DNA of 64,000 nt, taken from the NCBI GenBank assembly GCA_965215265.1, contig OZ244048.1, positions 2,464,001 through 2,528,000 on the forward strand. Reading direction: 5' to 3'. This stretch comes from Candidatus Poribacteria bacterium (lineage in GTDB: Bacteria > Poribacteria > WGA-4E > WGA-3G). The translations under genes were made by a program, and so were the position numbers. Below the pieces are notes generated by a model. The model had not been told where the DNA came from. It worked only from the letters and a program-made list of their open reading frames with translations, and did no database searches. Shown here piece after piece: positions 39,501-48,596 of this stretch (positions are counted from its first letter, which is position 1; each line of letters opens with the position of its first letter).

Positions 39501-39662
39501 GTAGTGGATGGGTATCGTGTGAAGGTAGACAAACGGAGTGGCATTGTGAACGATCCGAACCGTGCGGATGTGCCGAAATATATTGTAGCATTAATCGGAC
39601 GGGTTGTGTCGGTAAGTTTAGAGACGGTGAAGCTTGTGGGGCAGCTGCCGCCGCTAGCATGA
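36597..39662 (+). CDS. Single-chain restriction-modification enzyme (Type IIG-like: nuclease, N6-MTase, Type ISP-like specificity domain)
   Basis: DG...EAKD nuclease motif, GIVYTPQPIV, DLFVGTGNF, GNPPY, YRPFTK, YRLGARSALEWVVD; no helicase motifs seen. Confidence 0.9.
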   Translation: MRNLRLNSNSKSVRDYYTTLERYEQSHIVHEGAVSIPLGTLLQTCARQVEAVFVPQYAMRTERGNRIVLDGAILDEYELPFAYCEAKDMADDLEREIIRKIDAGYPTSNIFFYTPQRGVLYQNDQRVLDVDMTQPDRLLEAVQRLFSEPFAAIEKWHAAVAAFKERVPALGRELAQLIRQQHQTNTRFTSAFADFYRQCRASINPNLSKAAVEEMLIQHLLTERIFRTVFDNPDFTRRNIIARDIETVIDALTHHAFSRDGFMRRLEPFYRAIEQAATLCTDFSQKQHFLNTVYEQFFQGFSIEVADTHGIVYTPQPIVEFMVKSVEYLLETEFNRSLSEPGVHIIDLFVGTGNFIVRLMQDIEGTMLEEKYGGELHCNELMLLPYYISSLNIEHEYFRRTGEYLPFEGICLVDTFELLESEQAQLFTRENTARVERQKASEMFVVLGNPPYNAGQVNENDNNKNRQYPAMDKRIEETYAADSMAQNKNKLYDPYVKAIRWGLDRIGDEGIVALITNNSFLDGISFDGMRKHLAADCDALYVLDLGGNARRGLKCSDANVFGIQVGVSINLFVKKQQKSPEPCRIYYHRTDELWNRQRKFDFLNERQHAGNVEWQAIAPDARYTWLTEGLNAAFDTFIPIGTQQAKKAKEEAVDVIFKTYSLGISTNRDAWSLNFNAQALSQNMQRMIENYNTQVFKWQHQSARGTNVDDFVEADATKIKWSSTLKRHLNSGHFAEFNDSKLRRCLYRPFTKRALYFDRMLVEGPRLFPFIFPTPETEKENQVICVAGVGNRKGFGCLATNMIPNLDVAFEKTQCFPFYTYAEDGSNRRENITEWALAAFRTHYGEDTISKWDIFHYTYALLHQPDYRETYQMNLRRDLPHIPFAPDFWAFVNIGARLAELHVNYETQPESAGLQFIETPNVQRDWRVEKMRFSKEKTQLHYNDFLTIAGIPDEAFAYRLGARSALEWVVDGYRVKVDKRSGIVNDPNRADVPKYIVALIGRVVSVSLETVKLVGQLPPLA

Positions 39663-39759
39663 TAGCGAATTGCGTTCAAGTTTGGAGGCGTAAAAGTAAA
39701 AAGAGCGCTGCACCTGTTGGTTCACGCCAACCTAACTTTATCGCGCCTGGCGACAAAAT

Positions 39760-41136
39760 ATGAAGCAAGCACGTGGAGATTTAACGCGAGGTAATCTTCT
39801 AAAGCACTTGTTAAGGCTTGCCGTTCCGTTAACGTTGAGCAATATTTTACAAGATGCGTTTAACATTGTGGATATGATTTTTGTAGGGAGATTAGGTTCG
39901 GCTTCTATTGCGGCGGTGGGGGTCAGCGGTAATCTGCTTAGACTGATCGGGGTTTTCGCGCTGGGTATATCTACGGGGAGCGGGATTCTGGTGTCGCAAT
40001 ACCTTGGTGCGGGTAATCGGGCTCAGGCGGAGCATGTGGCACTTCAGGCGATTCTGCTATCAATTTTTTGTTCAATATGCGTCACGCTCGTAGGCTATCC
40101 GTTGGCGGAACAAGGGTTGCTGTCGGTGCGCATGACGGACCCGGAGGTGCTTCAGTTCGGTACAACGTACATGCATATCATCCTGATAGGTATCAGCACA
40201 ATGTTTCTGTCAATGACACTGGGTTCTATCTTCCGTGCAGGTGGAGATGCGCTGACGCCGATGGTGGTGTTAATTTTTTCAACGGTGATCAACATTACGT
40301 TGGATCCGCTGTTGATTTTCGGTATCTGGAAATTTCCGAGGCTGGGTGTGGCGGGTTCTGCGTTGGCAACGTTGATCGGCCGTGCGCTGGGTGTGGTTGT
40401 GCTGTTCTACCTGTGCTGGAGTGGCCGTGCGCCGGTTTCGTTTCGAAACGTTCAGTACCGTGCGGATTTGGTAGAAATGCTTGACATTTTACGGTTAGGC
40501 GTTTATAGTTCTATGCAAGGCTTCTGGCGGCATTTATCGCGTCTCGGTTTTCTGTGGGTGATCGGTCCGTATGGTAAGCATGCGGTTGCGGCATATACCA
40601 TCTGCATGCGTCTCCGTATATTGGTAATGAATCCGGGTTTCGGTATCTCGCATGCGGTATCGCCGATAGTCGGGCAGAATTTAGGTGCGAACCAGATAGA
40701 ACGTGCTGAAAAAGCGACGCGGCTTGCCAACGTGCTGGGTGCGACGGTGATGACGCTGATAGGTGTGATGTTTCTCTTTTTTCCGGGCGTGTTTCTTCGG
40801 ATTTTCACGGATGACGTTCAAGCGATAGAGCTCGGTGCGGTTTACCTCCAGTTTTTATCGTTGACGTTCGGGTTTATCGCGTTCTCGTTGGTTTTAGGGC
40901 GTGCGCTCAACGGTGCGGGGGACACATTTTCTCCGATGGTGATTACCTTAGCGTCGCAAATCGGTGTTGGGTTGGGGCTCGTCATCCTATTTTCACGCTT
41001 CATGGCGCTCAACGGTGTTTGGCTCGGTATAGCGCTCTCAAATGTCGTACAAGGCCTCGCCATGTGGTTCTGGTACCGGACTGGGAAATGGAAGACAAAA
41101 AAAGTTGTCAAGGATAGGTCTGTCAAATCGGATTAA
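39760..41136 (+). CDS. MATE family efflux transporter
   Basis: DLTRG, NIVDMIFVGRLG, RAGGDALTP, NITLDPLLIFG, GQNLGA; about 12 TM. Confidence 0.95.
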   Translation: MKQARGDLTRGNLLKHLLRLAVPLTLSNILQDAFNIVDMIFVGRLGSASIAAVGVSGNLLRLIGVFALGISTGSGILVSQYLGAGNRAQAEHVALQAILLSIFCSICVTLVGYPLAEQGLLSVRMTDPEVLQFGTTYMHIILIGISTMFLSMTLGSIFRAGGDALTPMVVLIFSTVINITLDPLLIFGIWKFPRLGVAGSALATLIGRALGVVVLFYLCWSGRAPVSFRNVQYRADLVEMLDILRLGVYSSMQGFWRHLSRLGFLWVIGPYGKHAVAAYTICMRLRILVMNPGFGISHAVSPIVGQNLGANQIERAEKATRLANVLGATVMTLIGVMFLFFPGVFLRIFTDDVQAIELGAVYLQFLSLTFGFIAFSLVLGRALNGAGDTFSPMVITLASQIGVGLGLVILFSRFMALNGVWLGIALSNVVQGLAMWFWYRTGKWKTKKVVKDRSVKSD

Positions 41137-41166
41137 TCGTTCTACAAAGCAAAGGAGAACCCAAAA

Positions 41167-42033
41167 ATGATTGACAAAGGCTATGAAAACCCAGGATTAC
41201 TTATCTCGGCAGAGGAATTGAAAGCCAAGGTTCAAGCAACGCTTGCGTCGGACGCGCCTGATGCCGATGAACCGTTCTGCATTGTGGATGTTCGTCCGAC
41301 GTATGAATATGTGCGTGGGCATATTCCGGGGGCGTTGCATCTGGATCTGTTCGGGCTGAGCCTGATTGATACCCGCAAAGCGACGTTTGATGCGTTTATG
41401 TGGATGATAGGTTACCTCTTTCAACAACGGGGTATTGACCCGGATAAAACGATCATCTGGTATGAGGATATTTCAGGTACGCGTGCTTCCCGTGGGTTTT
41501 GGTTTTGTGAGTACTTTGGGCATGCGAAGACGCGTCTATTAGATGGTGGTTACAAAGCCTGGTTAGCGGCAGAGGGTCCTGTCAGTACGGCGGGTGTTGA
41601 ACCGCCCGAGGTGCCGCCGTTTCCGATTAACCCGCGACACGAGACGCACATGGATGCAGATGTCATCCGTGTTCTGTTAAATCGTGAGGATTTTGTGCCG
41701 CTGGATACGCGGACAGCCGATGAACACTACGGTAGAGTGGCCCGTGCGGCACGCGCAGGCGCGATTCCGGGTTCCATCCATATTGAATGGCTCGATAACC
41801 TTGACGAGACGGGTGCTTTTAAACCTGCTCAGGAACTGCGAGAGATGTACGAAGCCGTCGGTATTACGTCAGACAAACAGGTTATGTGCTACTGACAGGG
41901 TGGGTACCGCTCTTCCCAGAGTTATTTAGCGCTGCGGCTTTTGGGTTATAAAGCCAGCAACTATATCGGCTCATGGAAAGAGTGGGGTGACCGGCTGGAT
42001 TTGCCGGTTGAAGTGCCTGAGGCATCTGCCTAA
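41167..42033 (+). CDS. Two-domain sulfurtransferase (rhodanese/MST family), probable selenoprotein with Sec at UGA 41893-41895
   Basis: GHIPGA, LLDGG, GAIPGS; reading through TGA gives CY-U-QGGYRSS...YIGSWKEWG...PVE to TAA 42033 (288 aa). Confidence 0.9.
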
Positions 42034-42136
42034 ATTGCAGATGGAATTTGCAGGAAAAGATCCGGGGCTGGGATGTCTGTTATGGAAGCGTAGTTGAACA
42101 GTATGATGTATTTGTATAAGTAAGAAGCGAGAGTAC

Positions 42137-42185
42137 ATAACCCCTTTCTCTCTTTTCTCCCTGGATGTGTGAGAAAGGGGTTATG
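42137..42185. terminator. Hairpin between convergent sulfurtransferase and moeA genes
   Basis: CATAACCCCTTTCTC / GAGAAAGGGGTTATG 15-bp inverted repeat. Confidence 0.7.
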
Positions 42186-42212
42186 CTCATCCGTGGTTAA
42201 TTTGAGGTGCGC

Positions 42213-43412
42213 CTAAAAGAACTGTGCATCTACAATTTCGCCTGCCTGCATTCTGGCGCCGGCTGGAATGGTAATTAGCCCGTTGGCCAAGACGAGCGAA
42301 TGAAGGATGCCGGAGCCTTGGGGTCCGGTTGTTTTCGCTGTGTAGTTCCCCCCATGTTCTGTTAGAATGGCGCGCATATAGTTGACTCTTCCATCTCTGT
42401 TTACGATATTTTCTGCGAGGGCGGCTTTGAAGGTTGGCCGTAACAGTTGGGAGTGTCCGGCCATTTTGAGGAGTGCTGGACGCACGAACAGTTCGAAGAC
42501 CACGAGGGAAGAGACTGGATTGCCGGGCAATCCAAAGATCGGTTTTCCGTCAGCAATCCCGTAAGCTTGCGGTTTTCCGGGTTTCATAGCGACACGCCAA
42601 AAGTTAATCTTTCCCAATTTCTCCAACACATTTTTAACGATATCGTGCTCGCCGACTGAAACCCCGCCGCTGGTGATGAGTGCGTCGGCTTGCGCCAGGG
42701 CAGCCCGAAATGTCTGTTCTGTTTCTGCTTCGTCGTCACGGGCAATCCCGATATCTATCGGAATAGCCCCTGCTTCCTTGACTTGTGCATAAATTCCGTA
42801 GCGGTTGCTATCTCGGATTTTTCCGGGGGTGAGTTGCTCGCCGAGGGGTGTCAACTCGTCGCCGGTCGAAACGATTGCGACGGTAGGTTTTCGATGTACC
42901 GTTACCTTATTGCAATTGAGGGAGGCGAGCATAGAGATTTCTGGTGGGCGGAGCTGCTTTCCGGGTGCCATGACGCGTTCGCCTCGCTTCACGCTCTCTC
43001 CGGTGAATCGGACGTTTCGGTTTTCGTCAACATCCTCAAAAATGTTGACGGTATCGTTTTGTTGTTGTGTTACCTCTTGCATGACGACGGCATCAGCGCC
43101 GTGTGGCATCATTGCGCCTGTCATAATCCGTGCTGCTTGACCTGGCTGGACAGGTTTGGTGGGTGCATATCCGGCTGCGATTGTCTCCACGATGGTGAGT
43201 ATAACAGGATTATCTTTCGACGCGCCCTGCACATCTGAGGCATGGACAGCGTAGCCGTCCATCGCCGAATTGTCAAACGGCGGTATATCTTCAGCGGCAT
43301 AGAGTGCTTCGGCGAGGACATATCCAAAGCAGTTGAGGATATTGCGTTTTTCTGTTGATAAAACAGGAATGGTGTCTAGCATCTGTTGACGTGCGGCTTC
43401 AACACTTAGCAT
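42213..43412 (-). CDS. moeA: Molybdopterin molybdenumtransferase
   Basis: PPFDNSAMDGYAV, IMTGA, STGDEL, TSGGVSVG, MKPGKP, LPGNPVS. Confidence 0.97.
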   Translation of the reverse strand: MLSVEAARQQMLDTIPVLSTEKRNILNCFGYVLAEALYAAEDIPPFDNSAMDGYAVHASDVQGASKDNPVILTIVETIAAGYAPTKPVQPGQAARIMTGAMMPHGADAVVMQEVTQQQNDTVNIFEDVDENRNVRFTGESVKRGERVMAPGKQLRPPEISMLASLNCNKVTVHRKPTVAIVSTGDELTPLGEQLTPGKIRDSNRYGIYAQVKEAGAIPIDIGIARDDEAETEQTFRAALAQADALITSGGVSVGEHDIVKNVLEKLGKINFWRVAMKPGKPQAYGIADGKPIFGLPGNPVSSLVVFELFVRPALLKMAGHSQLLRPTFKAALAENIVNRDGRVNYMRAILTEHGGNYTAKTTGPQGSGILHSLVLANGLITIPAGARMQAGEIVDAQFF

Positions 43413-43513
43413 GATAATTTTTCTCCATTTCGTTTTGTATTGTTGCATATCATATAACATAAAGACGGTAACTGCAAGCAGTTATTTTGCTGCGGCTTGT
43501 CATAAAATTTTAT

Positions 43514-43542
43514 TTGACATTGATGCAATCATATCGTATAAT
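43514..43542 (+). promoter_or_regulatory. Consensus sigma70 promoter of the metal-uptake operon
   Basis: TTGACA-17 nt-TATAAT; spacer overlaps the imperfect palindrome ATGCAAT-cat-ATCGTAT. Confidence 0.85.
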
Positions 43543-43576
43543 ACTTAAAAAGTGTAGTTCACAAGTCAGTAAAATT

Positions 43577-43900
43577 ATGAAGAACGACAAAATTTTTAAG
43601 CTACTGATACTGATAGGCCTTTGTGGTTATGCGGTTGTGTTCGCTTTCGTCGCGTTAATGCATACCCATGAGCATCACGTGTGTTCTGATTCGGTTGAGG
43701 ATTGCACGGCGTGTTTCTATGATGTCCATCATATAGCGGAGGCGATTCCTCTCGTTGCATCTGTTGTGCGGGAATGTTGGATTGCAATCCAGCCCGGTTA
43801 TGATGCGATTTTCCTCTCCGTCAACCTTTCCTATAGCGCGCTCAGCCGGGCGCCGCCCTCTCCTCCTATTTATCAAAAAGCCGATGTTGGGCTAGTTTAA
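43577..43900 (+). CDS. DUF2946/CruR-like leader protein (TM, His, CxxC, RAPP)
   Basis: Hydrophobic N-terminus, HTHEHH, DCTAC, SRAPP near the C-terminus; first ORF before the TonB-dependent receptor operon. Confidence 0.75.
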   Translation: MKNDKIFKLLILIGLCGYAVVFAFVALMHTHEHHVCSDSVEDCTACFYDVHHIAEAIPLVASVVRECWIAIQPGYDAIFLSVNLSYSALSRAPPSPPIYQKADVGLV

Positions 43901-44163
43901 CAAATCGGCTACCCCTATACGTATATCTTTTGAAAAATCCATAGTTCATTCGCGAATTATTTACCGTTTATCGCTGTAAGACTATGGTTTACTGTCTGCG
44001 TGCCTAATTCTTTACGCGCCGAGTTCTTCGTGCCATAATTATAACACGAGTGCACAGATTTGAACGGGAGGTCTTCGCGCAATTGTCATGAATTAGACTT
44101 TATTTTAACGCGGATTGAACGCTAAGCTAGAAGAATACCGATGAATAGATAAAATTGGAGGAT

Positions 44164-44808
44164 ATGATGTTTAAGCAATTCCGTAAGTGCGGTGGCGCAC
44201 ATTTTTCAACTTTTCAAGTAACTTTACTCAGTTTTGCCGTAGTGCTGCTCCTTTTTGGATGTGGTGAAGATGATAACCCAATTGTGGACGAGCATGAGCA
44301 CGAGCACGAAGAAGCGCCTTTCCACGCAGATGCTGATGGGTTTTTGCTAAAAGTGGATGGCGCGGAAGTTTATAGACAATTCCAAGGCACCGCAACCGGC
44401 GGGCTCACCGTTGGTGTCGGCGAAGAAGTCGAGGTTCACGTTAGATTCCTTAGTCCGAACGGGGATGAATTCCTGCCTAGTGGGACAGAGGAACACGATG
44501 AACATGAACACGCCGAGCATGGAGAAGAACCGTTTTTCCTTAATTTAACCGGTTACGATATCGCGATTGCTGATATCCATCTTCATGAAGAACATGAAGA
44601 ACATGAAGAACATGAAGAACATGAAGAACATGAAGAACATGAAGAACATGAAGAACATGAAGATGAGCACCACGATGAAGCCGGTGAAAAGTGGGTGTTT
44701 GAAGTCGTTGGCGTGAAGGCCGGCAAAACCGACATCAAGCTGCAACTATTTCATGGTGACCACGCTGATTTTACCGCGGCCCTCTTGATTCCTGTGACGG
44801 TTCAATAG
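44164..44808 (+). CDS. His/Glu-rich metal-binding lipoprotein
   Basis: Lipobox LLFGC, HEHEHE, (HEE)8, LFHGDHADF; RBS GGAGGA. Confidence 0.8.
   Translation: MMFKQFRKCGGAHFSTFQVTLLSFAVVLLLFGCGEDDNPIVDEHEHEHEEAPFHADADGFLLKVDGAEVYRQFQGTATGGLTVGVGEEVEVHVRFLSPNGDEFLPSGTEEHDEHEHAEHGEEPFFLNLTGYDIAIADIHLHEEHEEHEEHEEHEEHEEHEEHEEHEDEHHDEAGEKWVFEVVGVKAGKTDIKLQLFHGDHADFTAALLIPVTVQ
44584..44664 (+). repeat. 9-bp coding tandem repeat (CATGAAGAA)8 plus 1 variant
   Basis: Directly visible; encodes HEE repeats. Confidence 0.98.
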
Positions 44809-44859
44809 CGATAGGAAGCGATATAAGCACACTATTGCTATTGAAAAGGAGAGGATATT

Positions 44860-47172
44860 ATGAGTAGGGTATCGATGCTTTTACGGAATACTGACGGATT
44901 AACTTGCTGTTCGAGAACGTGCGCGAAAAAGTGGTTACTCGCGTTTGGCACGGCGTGTCTGTTCTGTACCGTCAAGTATACCGCCTGCAGTGAGGTTAGA
45001 AGATTTCCGCTCCGCGGGCAGGTTATTGACGCGCAGCACCGTGTTCCTCTTGAGAGTACTGTCGTTAGTATCGTTATAAATGCATTCGACGATAGAGAGA
45101 ATAGAGATTCTGTTTCCACGCGTACAGTTCGTAGCGATGCGGGTGGGTGGTTTGACTTTCAAGGTGTTCCTGAAGGCAAGCAAAAACTTCGGATTGTCAA
45201 GGCGGACTATCATCCGTTTGAACAAGTGATTGATGTTGATAGTTCCACGGCTGAGCTGCAAGTCGTGCTGAAAAAAGTCGCCTTTCAACTAGAGGGCATT
45301 ACGGTGTATGGCTCAAGTCGTGGCCTACCGCAGCTTGATGCGACAACAGGCTTTGCACTTGATGAGGTTGCACTTCAGAAGCGCCTTGGAATGACTTTGG
45401 CCTCCACATTAACCAATGAGCTGGGTGTGTCCGAACGGACGTTGGGGCGTGCAGTCGCGCGTCCTGTCATCCGTGGGCTCGGTGGGAACAGGCTACTGAT
45501 TCTTGAAAATGGTGTTCGGACGGGCGATAAATCTGCGTCCAGTGCAGACCACGCTGTCGCCTTCGATCCGACTTCAGCTAAGAATGTTGAAATTACGCGC
45601 GGGCCGGCATCGCTCCTATACGGTTCGAGTACGCTTGGGGGGGTTGTGAACGTTCGAAGCAACAGCATATCAGCCGTGTTGCCGAAACATCCGAGCATGG
45701 ATTTGAGTTTCCAGAGTGAAACAGTCAATTCAGGTGTGATGGCGAATACGAGGGTTGCTGTTCCAGTCGGCGACTTTGCAGGAGTGATGGAATGGAACCG
45801 CCGGCTGGCTAAAGATACGCGTACGCCGCTGGGCATATTAGAGAACACAGCGGTCTCAAATATTAATTTTTCAACGGGAGCGTCCATAATTCAGGAGTGG
45901 GGCCATCTGGGGCTATCGGGTGGCAGTTACCGTTCGCATTACGGCATTCCCGGTTCTCCTGAGGGACATATCACCGGTGTGAACATCGTGCTGGATCGGC
46001 AGCGGTATGAGGGCCAATTGGAGTACGGTTTCAGTCGTGCGTGGCTGGATAAAATCAAGTTCCGGGGGGCATATACGCGTTACCAGCATCAAGAATTGGA
46101 GTCAAACGGCAGCATCGGTGTTGAATTCGGGGTGCTAACGTACAGCGTTTCAGCAATGGCGCATGTTTTTGACAATGCGATCATGGGGGTTTGGTGGCAG
46201 TACCGGGACCATGCCACAGGTGGATTTTATTGGACACCGCACACGCGCGAGTTTGCGTTGGCGGGATTCTATCTGAACCAACGCAATTTTGATAGGTTCA
46301 CCTTACAGGGTGCTATCCGTTATGACATAAGCCGCACCGCTCCGTTTTATCCGGGTACAGTCATACGTGCTGGAGCTGTAGAACAGCGTGATTTTAACGG
46401 TGTCTCCGGTGCGGTTTCCGGGATTTACCGTTGGAACGATCGGATAAGTGCTGGTGGCACGTTAATGAAGACGTTTCGTGCGCCGGGTATAGAGGAGCTC
46501 TTTTCGGACGGTCCGCATTTAGCTATCTATTCGTATGAAATCGGCAATGCGGCGTTACCAGCCGAGAACGGCTATGGGAGCGAACTGTTCGGGCGTTATT
46601 CAAGCGACAGGGTCAAGTTCAAATTGGCGCTGTTCCACAATCAGATAGAAAATTATCTTATTCCGACGAACACTGGCGAAAAAGATTGGGGAAGCGGTGC
46701 GGCGGGATGGTTGTGGATTTACCAGTACATGGGGCAGGACGTTGTGATGGATGGTGTGGAAATAGAGTTTCAAAGCGAGGTTCTGCCCCGTTTTCACGTC
46801 CAATTCGGTGTGAGTTACCTTAACGGCAGGATTACATCCGGTGCGCAAGCGAGAAAACCGTTGGAACGGATACCGCCTTTGAACGGCAAATTCGCTCTCC
46901 GTTACATCCGGGTGCCGTTTGAGGTCCATCTGACAACCCGGTTTTCAGCGAGTCAGACCCGCCTTGGCGAATTTGAGGAGCCGACAGACGGCTATCTTGT
47001 CTACGATGCCGGCTGTTACTTCAATTTACCGTGGTGGAAACTCGAGAATATAGTAGTTCTTGAGGTAGAGAACCTGTTGGATACGGCTTACCGCGAGCAT
47101 CTTTCTCGCATCAAATCGATTATGCCGGAGCCGGGGCGGAATGTCAAATTTTTGTATAAACTTAATTTTTAA
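44860..47172 (+). CDS. TonB-dependent receptor (metal uptake, ZnuD-like plug)
   Basis: N-terminal beta-sandwich, RPVIRGL, SADHAV, RGPASLLYGS, ELFSDGPHLA, YREHLSR, C-terminal Phe. Confidence 0.92.
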   Translation: MSRVSMLLRNTDGLTCCSRTCAKKWLLAFGTACLFCTVKYTACSEVRRFPLRGQVIDAQHRVPLESTVVSIVINAFDDRENRDSVSTRTVRSDAGGWFDFQGVPEGKQKLRIVKADYHPFEQVIDVDSSTAELQVVLKKVAFQLEGITVYGSSRGLPQLDATTGFALDEVALQKRLGMTLASTLTNELGVSERTLGRAVARPVIRGLGGNRLLILENGVRTGDKSASSADHAVAFDPTSAKNVEITRGPASLLYGSSTLGGVVNVRSNSISAVLPKHPSMDLSFQSETVNSGVMANTRVAVPVGDFAGVMEWNRRLAKDTRTPLGILENTAVSNINFSTGASIIQEWGHLGLSGGSYRSHYGIPGSPEGHITGVNIVLDRQRYEGQLEYGFSRAWLDKIKFRGAYTRYQHQELESNGSIGVEFGVLTYSVSAMAHVFDNAIMGVWWQYRDHATGGFYWTPHTREFALAGFYLNQRNFDRFTLQGAIRYDISRTAPFYPGTVIRAGAVEQRDFNGVSGAVSGIYRWNDRISAGGTLMKTFRAPGIEELFSDGPHLAIYSYEIGNAALPAENGYGSELFGRYSSDRVKFKLALFHNQIENYLIPTNTGEKDWGSGAAGWLWIYQYMGQDVVMDGVEIEFQSEVLPRFHVQFGVSYLNGRITSGAQARKPLERIPPLNGKFALRYIRVPFEVHLTTRFSASQTRLGEFEEPTDGYLVYDAGCYFNLPWWKLENIVVLEVENLLDTAYREHLSRIKSIMPEPGRNVKFLYKLNF

Positions 47173-47182
47173 TCCTTAATTT

Positions 47183-47230
47183 TGCAGTGTATAAATAGCG
47201 TGCTTTACAAGCGTGCTATTTATACATGCA
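47183..47230. terminator. Long hairpin between the receptor and merC-like genes
   Basis: TGTATAAATAGCGTGCTT / AAGCGTGCTATTTATACA inverted repeat with G-U pairs, directly before RBS TAGGAG. Confidence 0.6.
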
Positions 47231-47241
47231 TAGGAGTTAGT

Positions 47242-47637
47242 GTGAACAAACATTTTAATAGTGAAATTTTAGATAATACCGGCGCGTGTCTTTCTTTTGC
47301 GTGTGCCATTCATTGTCTTGCCATGCCGCTTTTGGTTGTTGCTTTACCACTTCTCGGACTCGGTTTCCTTGCGAGTGAACCAACTGAGCGGATATTGCTG
47401 CTCGGAGCGATTGTGCTCGCAGTTGGAAGCATCACTTGGGGAATTCAACACCATCGGCAATGGCGTGCCTTTCTCATCCTACTTGCAGCGATGACGTTTC
47501 TAGGCATCGCTAAAACCGTTGAGGTAGGCAGTTTTGAGGTAGTTTTTCACAGTTTAGGTGCTGTCCTGCTTGCAGCTGCGCATCTCTTAAATCGTTATTT
47601 GTGCCGGACATGCCCGGCCTGTGAAAAAGGAGAGTAA
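47242..47637 (+). CDS. MerC-domain membrane protein
   Basis: LDNTGACLSFACAIHCLAMP, HHRQW, AAHLLN, C-terminal CRTCPAC. Confidence 0.88.
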   Translation: MNKHFNSEILDNTGACLSFACAIHCLAMPLLVVALPLLGLGFLASEPTERILLLGAIVLAVGSITWGIQHHRQWRAFLILLAAMTFLGIAKTVEVGSFEVVFHSLGAVLLAAAHLLNRYLCRTCPACEKGE

Positions 47638-47803
47638 CGTCAACCGCGAGACACGTGTCTTGGGCCTGAAGAGTCTGCTTGTTTACGGGATATTGGAGGT
47701 GCGCTTTGTCGGCGCACCTCAACGTTTATAGCGGTGTTGGAAACACGCAATCCCAATTTTGCCCCACGGTATCTCGTCTGCGGCTTTGTCGTCAGAAATC
47801 CGT

Positions 47804-48322
47804 TCAATTAATTAAGAGGAGCATGCCAATCTTTGCGGAGATAATGCCGAGGATGGATCCAGCGATAACATCGGTTGGATAGTGGATACCGAGATAAACG
47901 CGCGAAAATCCTACCGTTGTCGCCCAAATTTGCATCGGGATGCGGAATTCTGGAAGGATTTGTGAGAGCAGGGTTACCATCGCAAATGCGGCGGCGGTGT
48001 GCCCAGATGGGAAGCTGAACACGTCCCGCGGTGCCATGAGAAATTCGACCTGATCGAGACGTTCAAAAGGACGTTGCCGTTTCAGGGTTAGTTTCAGCGT
48101 CCAATAGAGCGAACGTTCTAGTGCGAACGCAAATAGGGCGGTTATGAAAAGCGACTTTTCAAATAGTAGCAGGTACCCCGCGATAATAGCATAAAGATGA
48201 CCGTCAGCACTGCGAGATACGCCTAACATGAAAAAATCCGGGTATCTCCTTCCGTTCCATCCAAAGATCCGGTAGAACAGCTGCGTATCCCAATGCCGGA
48301 GGCGATTAACAAATTCTGGCAT
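47804..48322 (-). CDS. PAP2 family phosphatase
   Basis: KxxxxRQRP, SFPSGH, SRVYLGIHYPTD. Confidence 0.95.
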   Translation of the reverse strand: MPEFVNRLRHWDTQLFYRIFGWNGRRYPDFFMLGVSRSADGHLYAIIAGYLLLFEKSLFITALFAFALERSLYWTLKLTLKRQRPFERLDQVEFLMAPRDVFSFPSGHTAAAFAMVTLLSQILPEFRIPMQIWATTVGFSRVYLGIHYPTDVIAGSILGIISAKIGMLLLIN

Positions 48323-48596
48323 TGTCCACTTTTTTTATGATTCAGAGAGGGTTCAGGTGACGAGGTTAAGAGCCTAGGTTCACACAGAGCGTGCCTTCTT
48401 TGAACCGTATACAAAAATCGTAATACTGTTATTAAAATTATAGCATAATTCTCTATAAATTTCAAAGCATTTTTGTGTAAAGTTTTTGTATGCGCGTGTA
48501 GTAGCGAAATCTGGAGCTCGATACTCAGGGCGAATTGACAGACACGCCTGCTATCTCCATTCCTAGTGCCGGTGCGCCGGTGGAGATTGGCTTACT

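Noticed and set aside
41167-41895. Truncated sulfurtransferase pseudogene
   Set aside because: The stop falls exactly on the catalytic residue and the downstream frame is intact, so Sec recoding is more parsimonious.
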